The position numbers were made by a program, and so were the translations under genes. The notes under the pieces are model-generated. The model had not been told where the DNA came from. It saw only the letters and a list, made by a program, of their open reading frames with translations, and searched no databases. Positions 37,976-50,700 of a stretch of 64,000 bases of DNA are shown in pieces. Each line of letters begins with the position of its first letter. The stretch's first letter is position 1. This DNA comes from Raillietiella orientalis (Eukaryota). The stretch is taken from positions 2,914,001-2,978,000 of the forward strand of contig JAYWIR010000011.1 of NCBI GenBank assembly GCA_036172245.1. Direction: 5' to 3'.

Positions 37976-40080
37976 CTAGAAATGTTGCCATTTACCAAGA
38001 ATGATATCTTTAATTGCATCTGCATATTGTGAGGGAACCCAGTAAATCCAATAACGTGATGCTTCTGTTGGTCCAAGTTGAAATCCCTAGAAGTATCAAA
38101 GAAAACATCTTAACAATATTAAACATTTAATACCATAAGGCAATATTCCTCATGACCTTCAATTGGCTCACTGACAACATTTCTAATTGTGTTCATGGGA
38201 ATTTTTTCTGTTCTTTCTTTTGTACCAATCCATAACTGATCAGATTCCAACTTAAATGTCAATCTGACTTTACCTCCTTGTTTGTTCACCATGCCAAAAA
38301 GAGGGAAGGTTGGCAGAGAATCCTATGGACGTCAATGCAACTGCATTTATACCAGCATCAAGTATATGCTCATCTAATCTTTATAATAATAATTTACTTT
38401 GCAATTCTTTATTCCAGGCATGACATCCTCTGGTACTCCTTTTTCCAGAACTTTTTGGTGAATTTTTTGTTTACACAAAGGCTCCTTTTCAAGTATTTTT
38501 CCACCAGCATTAGATGATGCCTAAAAATAAATTTTCCTTCCTATGAAACTTTACCAATGACAGATATTTAAACGTAACACAATTTTTGGTTATGGTACAC
38601 ACTTTAGAATGGTGAATGCTTCAAATAACATTTATATTACTGTCAGTAACAGCTGCATATCTCTAAGGAGACTGCATGAATGAACACATTAATATTACAA
38701 ACAACATATTATTACACTTATATTTACACACTCTGATTTAAAAAATAGTTAAAACTGCATAATTATTTTGAAGGAACATAGAAAACTAGCAGCAAAGAAA
38801 AAATGGTAACATTAGCCTTGACAACTGTGTTAGGAAATAGGAAAACGCTTCAACCATTTGATAGCTTTAATGGCAGTTGAATATTTACTAAAGTTGTCAT
38901 TTTTATTAAAAAGGTAACTGCATTACCTTACAAGAAACTGAAGATACTGAAAGCACATCTGTTAATGTTGATCCAACTACCATTAGTTTTGAGTTCTTAG
39001 TGACAGCACATTGCCTTAATGTGTTATCATCTTTTGCTAGTCCTTTAATCATAATTTTCTGCATTGAGGGAGGTACACCTACAATACATAAATGAGTTTG
39101 TGCATAAAAAAACGATATTTATAATTGATCAAACATTTGTGCCAGTCAGCATGTTAGCATGCTCCATGTAAGAAATACATCTGAAAATTACAAATGGATT
39201 ATTCAAAACACTACTTGTCACATGAGCTTATTTAGGATTTTTGCAAAGACTCCCAAAGACTTTCTGCTAGTTTCTTTTAAACAAGCAAAACAGATGAAAA
39301 AAGAGTGTGAGGCATTGAGAGAGTAATGTTTTTCTAGAAATTTTTATTTTCCAAGGCTCTTTCATGCAGCAAAAATGATTCATTTCCTTGTTACAAAGGC
39401 ACACGTAGTTAACATTGCTTTTAAAAAGCAATTCAAAGCAAACGAAAGATTTCATACAATTCCATTTCCTTACAAGTATTAGAAATATTCACGTTATTTA
39501 TAAATTCACAAGTACATAGCTTTATTTTTGAACGCTGAAACAAATGTGATATTATATGTTCAAATCTAAGAATGTATTCACAATAGAAACACATGATCCA
39601 ACACCAACAGTCAAGTATTCAAAGCAAAACTGGTTATGCATGTAGAACGCAAAACTATTTTGAAGTTTGGAGGAAGAATTTGCACAGAAACTTGAGATCA
39701 AAAGTGGGCACATATACGCTATATCTAATTTTACAGTAGACTACTTTCAATCAACGTTTGTATTTCAGTTTAAGATTTAAATACCTACCAATTATGGTTT
39801 CCAAATGTTCTTTAAGCTTTCCAATTGTGTTATCCACGGGAAATTCCAAATCATAAACTTTTTTGTTATAAACTACTTTGAACTTAACCAGTTCATTATC
39901 AGAAAACGTTTCATCAACTGATGGCAAACTCTCTTTAATTTCTACAGGAGACTCCGGGGTGCTACAAGCCTCTTCATTTTCCACCAGACTTGCTTCCGAT
40001 ACATTATCATGATTATTTGGTTTCTCAGAAGAGCAAGGTTCACTGTTAAGATTTTCATAATGAAAGTTCTTATCGCTCAT
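37976..40080 (-). CDS. UBFD1: Ubiquitin domain-containing protein UBFD1. Exons 40080-39789, 39078-38927, 38520-38398, 38322-38134, 38086-37976
   Basis: UBL domain ELVKFKVVYNKK..FPVD...GVPPSMQKIMIKGL...KLMVVGSTLTDVL, then KEPLCKQKIHQKVLEKGVPEDVMP, GGKVRLTFKLESDQLWIGTKERTEKIPM and GPTEASRYWIYWVPSQYADAIKD..LGKW. Confidence 0.96.
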
Positions 40081-40279
40081 GTTTACAGAGGAACATCAAT
40101 AAAATACCATATGTTATAATGTTTCTAACTTTGCGTTTGAACTGCAGATGATCAACATTCACTCTGAAACAACAAATAGGTGAAACTAACAAACTAATGA
40201 CCTGACAGTAGAGTAACTTTGTTAAGAAATCTGCGTGGGTTAAGAGCCGAAAGCAAAGGCTAAATCTCATTCTCTAAGG

Positions 40280-40900
40280 ATTCTCAATCCACTTTTCGAA
40301 TTTCCGGTCACGAACCACCATTAAATCTTTCGATCTTCTTTCAGCACAAAAGCAACAACAGTAATTACGTAAAAAAATTCGAAGTGTAAAGGCGGTATCA
40401 GATTGTCTGCATAAAACCAACGTACGTGATTACTTCCAGTTTGCATGGTTCCGGGTGCTAATGGCGCAAGTTGCAGTCTCGGGTCCTTTTAAATAGCAAC
40501 CGCTGCTCACCAAAATGCTGTTCACACTCACTGCCTTTCCGCAAAAAAAAAGGGCGAAAACTGAAGCGGCAAACGGCACTCGGATTTTGCAGGCCCGCGG
40601 CGTGCAGAAGCGAACGCATTCACGGCCGGAATTCTGAAAGTCGTCGTCTTTACTTATGGCAGCAGCAGCAGCCCTAAAAGCACAACGCTCACTTCCCAAA
40701 CCGGAATCAACCTGGCCATTAATTAATTAATGGCTTTCGTTTCAGTTTCGAATCGGAGAGCACACGCCAAACGCTTTCGAAGGGAACTGAACTCGACAGA
40801 AAACGGAAACGTTTAGGGAAAACTTTGGATTTCGAAAATTCATGTGCTTGCCACAATCAACACAGCGATGGAATCAACAAAGCTTTTTTCAACACTCTAT
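40280..40900. promoter_or_regulatory. CpG-rich probable UBFD1 promoter region, containing a 20-bp perfect palindrome GCCATTAATTAATTAATGGC (40715-40734)
   Basis: Local GC/CpG rise immediately 5' of UBFD1; the palindrome is read directly. Confidence 0.4.
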
Positions 40901-40999
40901 TTTGCAGAAACATTGAAAACGGGGTAGATAAATTTTCGAAGACCCAGTGTTCTGTACCGCATTTGTAGCTGGAAGAAAAAAAAAAAAATTTTTTTTTTT

Positions 41000-43900
41000 T
41001 CCTTCCTTGTTAATAAGCAAACTGATGCCAGTAATTACATAGTTCAATTTTAGATAATCAAGTGACTTTCCAACAGCATAACATGAGATACCTTATAGTA
41101 TCTAACAATCCTTAGCGATCAAACCCCAAGAAAACATAAGATTTTACAAAAAAGTGCCCATGTCTCCAAAAGGTTAGAAATAGAATGAATTTGTGGAGAT
41201 GATGCATCACAAAGTCACTCTCAAGAACAAGCAGATTTACTTCCTTGAACTTCAGGAGCAATCTTGGAAAAGGTCTTCTGTAAATACAGCTGTATTTCTT
41301 TGTGATGTTGTACTTCTTCATTGAAAAAGAAAAGTACCACAAATTGAAATGTCAAAGCGGTATAAAGTCGAAGTATAAACACGAAGATTTTTATGCTTCG
41401 TTGAAGTATCTAATTCGGAATACGTTCAACAGGTTTTCTTCTGGCACACACAGAATTCATAACACGGTAATTGTAATAATAACAAGCCATGTGATTAGTA
41501 ATCCATTCAAAGTAGATTCACAGTGCCCTTTAATAGTGGTATACTATGCTCCAAAGCTTCCAACCCAAATATGAACTTCAGACTACGGAAATAGAGATTC
41601 CTCAAAAGAATCCTGTTTTTACAACTGCAATAAGAATTAGCCGGTACATCATAATTAGCTGATAGGATGAAAACGCACAAAAAAAACGAAGGTTTCCATG
41701 GTTCAATCATTTGTTGTATCATGATTCAGAAGCTGCTTTAAAATGTGACTTTCCGACTGCGTTTTTTCAAATGCTAGTTTCGTCTGAAATACTCTTCAAG
41801 TATAGAATCGAAAAATTAGAGTCAGTATTCAGTATATTCATTTGTGTATGGATTTCATCTGCTCACAGCAAGGTTATTTTTGTGCAAATACGTGAAAAGT
41901 GACTTCAATTTTGAAATAATCAATTTAAAGGATTATATTATCCTTTACGTACAGTACGATTCTTAGGAAAGCAAAAAGTTTTACTATTTAAGAAAAAAGC
42001 GTTAAGACTTGACGAAATCTTCAGTGGAAAATCACAGTACAACTGTAGGGAAGATAAGAGTATTTTTGTTTCTATTATTCTAAAGTGTGTCTAAAATATG
42101 ATTATTTCCGGAGGTTTTCGTGGAAAAAGTTATAAGTACTGTATTGTCTACACTCTGATTCGTTGCACTATTCAACGAACATTTAAATGCAAAAAAGTCT
42201 CAATTCTTGAAACTGAAAAAATCGCTTAGCACATGATGAAGAACACTTGAGATATATGAAATGAAATCATATAATTATCTCTTTAACGCTATAAGCTATT
42301 TTGATAATTATTTGTTTTGAGTCTTATCTAATTTTTTATTTCACGCACTACCTCCTATTTGCATAAGGACTGCTAGTATCTTGAATAGCATATGGCATAA
42401 TGTAATCAGAAGTAGGTGCTTCGAAAATTGACTGTTTCTTTTAATAGAAATAAATGAACATGGACTGAAACTTAAAACTGAACAATTAGTTGGTAATCAC
42501 TAAGTGCTTTATAGAGCCTGCTTTCTTGCATTATTTCTGAAAATGGATACTGAACATTATGTGCTTTAAAAAGAAAGCAGGATAGTGGATACTTCTTTTT
42601 TGAAGACACTTGTAATATTCTTTGTTGGTTGTCTTTTGTACACTCAAATAATCCGCTCAAATTGTCAGTTTCTAGTCGCTGCAAAGTGAGGGCTCTTTGA
42701 ATGATGGCAATACTAAGTGATTAACGTATTTGCACATGGTGGGAAAATGGGGTCATCACATGGTAATGTTTTTCAATAAAAAGCTCAACTCATCAATAGA
42801 GACGTTCAGGATTATGGCGAGTGGGGATTTTTCATTTATTTAAGAATCCAGAGATTTCGGACTTCTAACCTATCAACAGAAATAACGCTGCCACGCACCA
42901 GGATTATTCTATCGTATACTGTCTGCTAGTTTCATTTTGGGCTCATGAATAAACCTAGATTTATAATCAACACTATAACCATATAGCTGTTACAGTCGTT
43001 TCATGGTACTACACTCGAAACAAATGTATCCACAAAATTTTCCCAGTATTTGCCTACACTCATTTACCTCTTTCGTCTCAAATTTTGTCTGCCTTCAGTT
43101 TTTTCATACTAGAGCTTTATAGTCTCATGGCACTTCCGAAATTGATTTAAAAATGGAAACATCTTGCAATTTTGATTTCAGATCATTGCACTGGTATTTC
43201 AGTTGACAACAATTTACATGCTTTTTGTAAAAATGTGGTTTTGTTATGGGATAATTAGTTAAAGATGTTTTAAATGAGAATACTCTACTCTATTTCGGAT
43301 CTTATATGGAGTCTGCAGGGAAAAACTGGGATTGAAACAAGATTACTTGATCGGTGGGATGACATCATTTAACAATACATATACATGAGTATTTCGTGAG
43401 AATATTAATTTTCTACAGGAATCTTGATACAATGCAAATGCAAATAAATTTCGATTCTTGTTTCTGCTCTAATGTCAGCAATGAAAAATTCAGAATCTAA
43501 ACCTTGCCATTTTAAAAGTGCTCTGCATAGCACTGAAGTCTGTTATCCGCTTTAGTGAATTTGTCAGCTTATGAAAATCAGAACATCGAGAAAATACATC
43601 ATAGTAGATAGAATGCTTTTTAGTAGGGCCAATGGAAGTGTTTTCATGGATTAGAGCAGAAATTTCAAATTTAAAGGTCATTTTTTTGGTGAGGAAAGTT
43701 ATTTCTTCTTTTCCTCTATTACGTTGCTATATAATTTGTTAGAGTTCACTGCAAAAAAAAAAGCTTTCCAATTTTATTACTGACATTCCAGTCACTGCGT
43801 ATGAGTTTCTGATTTAGAAGAATCGAAGGAATTGAAATTTTTCCGAGCATTTCGTAGGTTTTTGAAAGATCCTGTGCATTACAGAACGAATCCATTTGGT

Positions 43901-44450
43901 GTCTTCCGTGAGTCTCATTTTTAACGCATATATGTGCCAATTCCTCCAGTTTGTTCTGGATTTTCGAAAAATGGAGCAATAGCAGAAGATTCGCTAACTT
44001 CTCAAAAAAATCTTGTACAGTGTTTTGTCTTTACAGAGCGAGTTGTTTCTTCACTGCTCTACTCCGGAGAGGATTTCGTTGTCATTTTTTTCCTGGATTT
44101 TTATATATTTATGTATCTGAGGTGAGAAAGAACTTGTTATTTTTATGCTGCTTTTGTGATAAATAAATCGAATCAAATGTGTGCCTCCAAAACAAACTCC
44201 AAACCTGAAAGTGGAAACAATGGTTCAAATACTTCAGAACCAGATACCAGAACACTTCCGTTGTTTTGCTTATTTAGGCTAAGACTATGAGACTAAGCTC
44301 CATTGAAGATGAACAATCATATTCTAGATATAGTGCAGCCCTATATTTTGTCATATATTAGTGCTCGCAGTTTTCTGCAATATTCCAACAATTATTTACC
44401 GGTGATTTTAGGTGAGAGAGCATAACATATGAGTGAATTTGGATATATAA
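41000..44450 (-). mobile_element. Highly degenerate AT-rich L1/Tx1-like ORF2 fossil
   Basis: YLNH..FWR (SDH..G.W) near 44220, SVDYK near 42965, VRGSVISVD (GR.I.D) near 42890 and YPLSCFLF...PFSEIMQ (PLS.LLF) near 42580. The T-run ending at 41000 could be its poly(A). Confidence 0.45.
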
Positions 44451-46099
44451 GTAAACCACAATTTTGCGTTGGGACTTAGTTACAGTATTTATATACGATT
44501 ACTAAAAAAGACATGTTATTTGAGAAAGCAATCTTTTTTCTTATATACATATATTTTCAGCTGATTGTTAAAACACTGCTACTATGTAATACTTGCGCCT
44601 CCGATATGAAAAAGAATTAATTCATGGATTGTAGTTCGCCATGTGTGTGTGAATCTTTCGTGAAAGTAGAGCAACCGTTTAGAGGCTGTTAACTTAGAAT
44701 GTTGTACACTTAATGCATAAACGCAACATTATGAAGAACTTTGATGTAGTTTAGCGCGGCAAACGTATATTCGAGAAAAAACATTGCGACAATTGACTAT
44801 TGTCGATTGTCGCAATGGAGAGTCAAATGGATCCCCTCGGGAACACCAGTTGAAATGCTTATGGTAAATTGCCAGGGTATACTCACAGAGCTCATAACGT
44901 TACATGACTCATGAAAAAGTCGAGTGCAAAATGCAAACCAATAGTCAAGAAAGTCAAACTAGTCTATTATACTGTGGTTCTGAACAACTTAAATTACGTA
45001 TTTTCGAGACACGGCACATTTCCTTGAATTACTTTATTAGGAACTGACCCAAATTATAGGGTAAATAGAAAATCCCGATAAACGAATCATATCCACTTGT
45101 AGCTAGTGACTGATAGTAATCTCAGGAAAAAAGGGACTAAGTGAAAAGAAACAGAGAGGAATTTATTAAAGTTAAATGCAAGCCTGATCTTGTGTCGTAG
45201 TAAATAGCAACAAGAAGCCTATATGATTAGAATCCGAATGAGAGAATTAGAATTTCACTGGTAGAAATTGAAAAAACAAAAACAAAAAAAGGAGCGTGCA
45301 CGCTAAAGAGAGAAGCTGAGAGCTAATTTCTGAAGTCAAGACTATTTCAAGGATAAGTAATACGTATAAAAAAAAAAAAAGGCATCTGAATCAGCGAATC
45401 ATAATTCGAAGGCGTTTCAATAGCTCTGCCTACTTAGGGCAAAAATGTTTTCTGTGTTTAATTTTGCATGTCCAAATTCGCAAGTGTCACGAGTCATCGT
45501 TGGAGAAGTAATAGCAGAGAACAAATGAATAATCTTCAATGATAAACTATATAGCGAATGAATGAAGAGGATGTGAATTCCGCCGCTGGCATCTTTTTGC
45601 TGTTTTCTCCCTCCTTTTCAAGATATTTCGTTTTGTTGATCCATTTCTTGAAATACTGATTGATTTCATAAATTAACTGATTCTGGGGAGCCCCACTCCC
45701 CCCAAATCTGTAGTATCATTTGGCAGAGGTGAAAGATAGCGAAATAAATCTATTCAGCATATATACATTCACTTAGAATCTAGGAGTATTTGAAAAAAAA
45801 AAATGGTGCTCTAGAAGCATAAGATCTCTTACTTGAATGAACTGATCATGTAGAATTGTATCAGAATTGTAGCAAACTTATACAGCTGCGCCTGATGAAT
45901 TCAAATTGTTCAACAGTGAGGGTTGTGAACATTTGTAGGAAAATAATTTTAATGCTTATCGTTTTCATCAAATCGAGCTTTGGGAAACAGATGGGGTCCG
46001 GTGTGCGATTGCTGTAATAATACTGACTTTGCTATCAATGTATTTTGAACAGTTGACAACACATAGATGGTTCTCCCCTACACATCTTTCTTCTTTCTG

Positions 46100-46720
46100 C
46101 ATTTATAGAAAGTTTCAGAATCCAGAACATCCCGGTCGAAAGTCGCTTCAACTTCGTCAGCGCGTGGCGCGGCGGACGTACATTCGGAACAGCAATGGCT
46201 ACATTAAATATGCATAATTTACAATGCTGAGTCAGCCTAAACACACAAATCAGTCTCACAATTCTGCAGTCTCACCACTCACTGCAACTTTGCATTGCAA
46301 GTTCTAAGAACTATGCAGAAGGAACGCTGTGCAGAGTTGAACTATGCAGAGTTGCTGTTTTGTTGTTTCCGTGTGAATTAATCCCTTTTATAAGTTGGAA
46401 ATAGCAGTCACCGGCCCGTCGTTTCTAGGTCGGAAGCAAACGTCCTGGAAAAAAGTCCCTACTTGGTAGTGGAACCGTTTGCAACACTTGTGGTAAAATT
46501 CCAAGTTTTGAAAGTGCAGCCAGAAATTTCAGTTCGCCTTGCAGCGTGGAAATCCTTCATCGGATCTGATAGCCCCGTCGCATGTTGTGGTTAGCCGAAT
46601 GTTTGGGGTTTGCTTAACCAGAAGGAAAATCACTCATTTGGTTTACAGTCAAGCACGTCGACTTGACTAAACAAAATCACTTCCACAAGTAGACCGAATT
46701 TTGAAAGTGTGCAGGAAACC
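46100..46720 (+). promoter_or_regulatory. CpG-rich probable Raptor promoter / non-coding first exon
   Basis: CpG-retaining island about 1-1.6 kb upstream. The Raptor ATG directly follows an acceptor-like TTTTTTCCAAG, implying an upstream UTR exon. Confidence 0.35.
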
Positions 46721-47719
46721 CTCATGAATGTAAGCCAGGAAACTGTTGCTTACACGATCAAGGAAAAATTGGTCCTTAGGATAGCATTAGCTGAATGCCA
46801 TGGTCTCTTACTTTGTCATATTTCAGTAAACATTGGCGTTAAATTAGAAATTGAAATTACAGGAAACGTACCAAAGAAGCGGGAGTTAGGACTAATTTGC
46901 TGTTAGTAAGGTACAATGCAAAGTCTCAGTATGGGTTTCTCTTTTAAAGGTATCTATAAAGCTCTTTTCTCCCCAAAAAATTGCGGTAAATTTAACGCCC
47001 AATCGCATCAAAATATCGCAACTTTTGCAAAACGAAAGTGGTGCACTTTGGACACATTCGTATAAAGTGCTGACTCCAAAGTTATGTTTTTTGTCCAAGA
47101 AACACAGAATTAGAGGTTTCAAGAATAGGCAGCAGCGTTGAAACTATTTAAACGATGATTGATAAATCAGAAAGGTACACTGCAGCCTTTAAGGTCAGAT
47201 TACAAGCCTTGGGGTAAACTGTTTTGTACGTATTATAAATCTGTTTGGTTGTAACATATTAGTCCGAATACGAAAGTTTCTCTTCATGCTAATGAGAATT
47301 ACGTTCATCAAAAATTTTCATTAGTCCACGAATTGAGTGTTTCTTGATTGTAGTGCTTAGAGAATATTATTCCATCGAAGAGTTTCCTCTGCAACGCCTT
47401 TCAAGAAACTTGATATCAACATCACATCACATCAGAGAAAGTGATTTCATTTGTTGTATTTGCAATAAAAACATTTAAGTAAATGCAAATGTATTTTAAA
47501 AAGATTGTAAAAGTGTTTCTAATTAATGGAATTGGATTTGGTAATGAGTTTGTTATATGAGAGTTGCTATTATTTTAATTAGGAAAAGAAAAAAACTGGA
47601 GGCGTTAACATTAATTCAGAAGTTTATTTTACATTGAAATTTGAGCCTTCATTTAAACATCATGGCATTCTCAGTAAACAGATTGGTTACAGAAGTTCTA
47701 TAATCATATTTTTTCCAAG

Positions 47720-50700
47720 ATGAATGAAAGCATTCCACTGGTTTACACTGAAGAACGATTTAATGAAGAGATCAAGGGGCCTTCCTCTGATTGTGATTCA
47801 TGGAGGCTTAAAGAGAGAGTATGTTTTTTTTTTCTTTGTCTTTCTGAAGTGTGGATTTAATTAATGATTGTTTCATTTACTATAGATGAAAACTGTGAGT
47901 GTTGCTTTGGTTTTGTGCTTCAATATTGGTGTTGATCCCCCTGATATAGTAAAAACTCAACCATGTGCAAGACTGGAATGTTGGATAGGTGAGTGTTGGT
48001 GTTTTCATAACAGACTGTTTTCGATAGTTTAAATGCAGACTTCAGTAAAATATCGTGATTTTAAATTTAAATCTGGTATAACTTGCAGAAAATGATAAGC
48101 CCGTAGTTTAGAAAAATGCCCCAAATAAATATGTACACTTGCCTTGGGTTTATCTTTTCATATGCCTCTATTAATTAGAAATGTAACATGCTGCTCCAAA
48201 CAGAAATGGATAATTTTATGAAGGAAATAGGACTTGATTGTGAAAGAACTTTTTTTTTTTATTTGTTTTTGCACCCAAGGATTTATTACAAAATTGTAAA
48301 TTGTTTCTGAGTTAAAGATTTCATTTTAATATGCATATAGAATGGAATGTTTGTTACACTTTGCATGTATCAGTAAAAAGAAACCATGAATAGTATAAAT
48401 TAATTTTTTTTTTTCCCTTGAGTAAGATCTGGTTTTGAAATTAGGTTGAAGTAAGTTCTTCATTGAAATGCATTTTTGTTGTGTTGATGAGGTTCCTTAG
48501 ATTCCATGGTTTTTAAATTACAATTCAATGCCATTTGAACTGTGGATTTTCAATTTTTTTTTTTTTTTCTGGATCTGGTGGATTTCCACAAGATCCTGAA
48601 AATCCATGATTATAACTATATTTTTTGCATTACTAAGTTTTGATGATAACAAGTACATTTTATCATTTAGACTAATCTTGGATGTATTCCATAATGTATA
48701 AAGATCCGAAAGTATTCTTGGCATGGAAATCGTTATGGGTATAATAAAAAAAAAAAAATGTAATGCTATTTACGTATTTTCCGTACTATTTTTAAGTGTT
48801 TCAAGATTTGACACCAATCCTTCCAATTCAAAAGTTATAAAATTCAAGTTGAAACTGTATCATTTGTTTTTCATTCGCTTTCATTTAGTTTGGAAATGTT
48901 TTTATTTAGTAGATTTTTTACCAACCAGTTGAAAATACCACTGTGGTTTATTAGTTCTGATGATTTAAAAACAGTATATTTACAAATGGACAGAATAATG
49001 TTTGTGTTGATATTAATGTAAAATGCATTGCTTAGTAAGAATACTTTTCATAATGCTTACTAATGTTCATTCAATTTTGTTACTTTCATTTATTCTTATT
49101 AAATACTTTTCAAGATCCATTCAGTATGAGTCCACAGAAAGCAATTGAAGTGATAGGAAATAAACTCCAAAAACAATATGAGCGTTGGCAGCCTCGTGCT
49201 AGGTATAAGCATTCCCTTGATCCTACCGTAGATGATGTTAAGAAACTGTGTGTATCATTGCGAAGAAATGCAAAGGAGGAAAGAGTTCTTTTTCATTATA
49301 ATGGTCATGGTGTGCCAAGACCAACAGCAAATGGTGAAATATGGGTATTTAACAAGGTAACACCAGAAACAGTTAGGTTTTTGATTGGTTCGTTTTTCAT
49401 TATAACTTTTCAAAATGAAGCTTGCAAAACTATGCAATTTTCTTAATTTTCTGTTAAATATTTCTGTTGTGTAAATATTTGTGTTATGCACATAAAGCAT
49501 GTTTATGTGGTGTGCTCCTGTGTTGGATACCAAACATTTATTGATCTGTTCATCAAATTACTTCATGTTTTTATCTTGAGATGTATTTATTCAAATTGCA
49601 GTAATTTTTCCAGTGCATTAGGCCAGTAAACATTACTATGTTGGACATATGAATGCATGCTCTTTCTATTGTAAATTCTTAAGAGCGATACTATTTGAGA
49701 TGGTGCTTATGGAACAATAACTAACCATTACAAAGAAAGTTATTCAAGGATTTTCTTTGCTTTAATTTGCAATGTTTTTGCAGTATATTTTTTCAGCACG
49801 TCTTATGTTCATGTTTTTAAAGAATAAATACTTAAAAATGAACAAATGTGTTGATAGTAAATGTTTATGGATTGAAATGAGTATTAATCATGATAAATAT
49901 TTCGAGTATAAGATTAAAGAAGTGTGGGTCTTTACAATACCATAATAGAAAATTGCTATGAAACATGTGTAACTAAATGTGGAAACCAAACATCAAAAAT
50001 CAGTTAATTTTCTATCGTTTTTTCATGTTTTTAAAAATACAGAAAATTTAAGATTCCATGATTATGCAGTCTCTAATGCATCAACATCTGTTTAAATTGT
50101 ATGAAATATTGGTTGCAATTTGTTTAGTTTGCATTACAGTCCATTGATGCACATGTACAATCTAATTATTTTCGAGCTAATATTTTTAGAATACTTTACT
50201 GATTCTGTGAAAATCAAAAGATTGTATATTGTTTTTATTGGAAAGATATTATAAAAATTGCAGTACATTTTGAATGATTTGATGTGTTTGTCCCTTGTAA
50301 AATTATATTGATTAGCATTCCAATGGAATTAAACATTCTAATAGGCATAGGTTTAATTAGTCTTTGTGGCATGGGAGATGTTGACAAAATGTTGACGAAT
50401 TCAGTTAAAAAATTTTCTTCTTTCAGAGTTACACACAGTATATACCATTATCAGTATATGATCTGCAAGCTTGGTTAGGAGCCCCTTCCATTTATGTATA
50501 TGATTGTTCTAGTGCTGGTATTATCATCGAAAGTTTCAACCAGTTTGCAGATCAACATGGAAAAGAATTACAAGTTTGTATTTTTCATTACTGAAATTTT
50601 AAGTTAAACAATAGATGATTTCACATTAATGCTGACAATGTTGTTAACCTACAGGATGATCTAATGATTTCTTTTCAAGATAGAGTTTTTTTTTAAATTA

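Noticed and set aside
40976..41000. A-run followed by a T-run, terminator-like hairpin
   Set aside because: Eukaryotic context; simple homopolymers, possibly a LINE tail.
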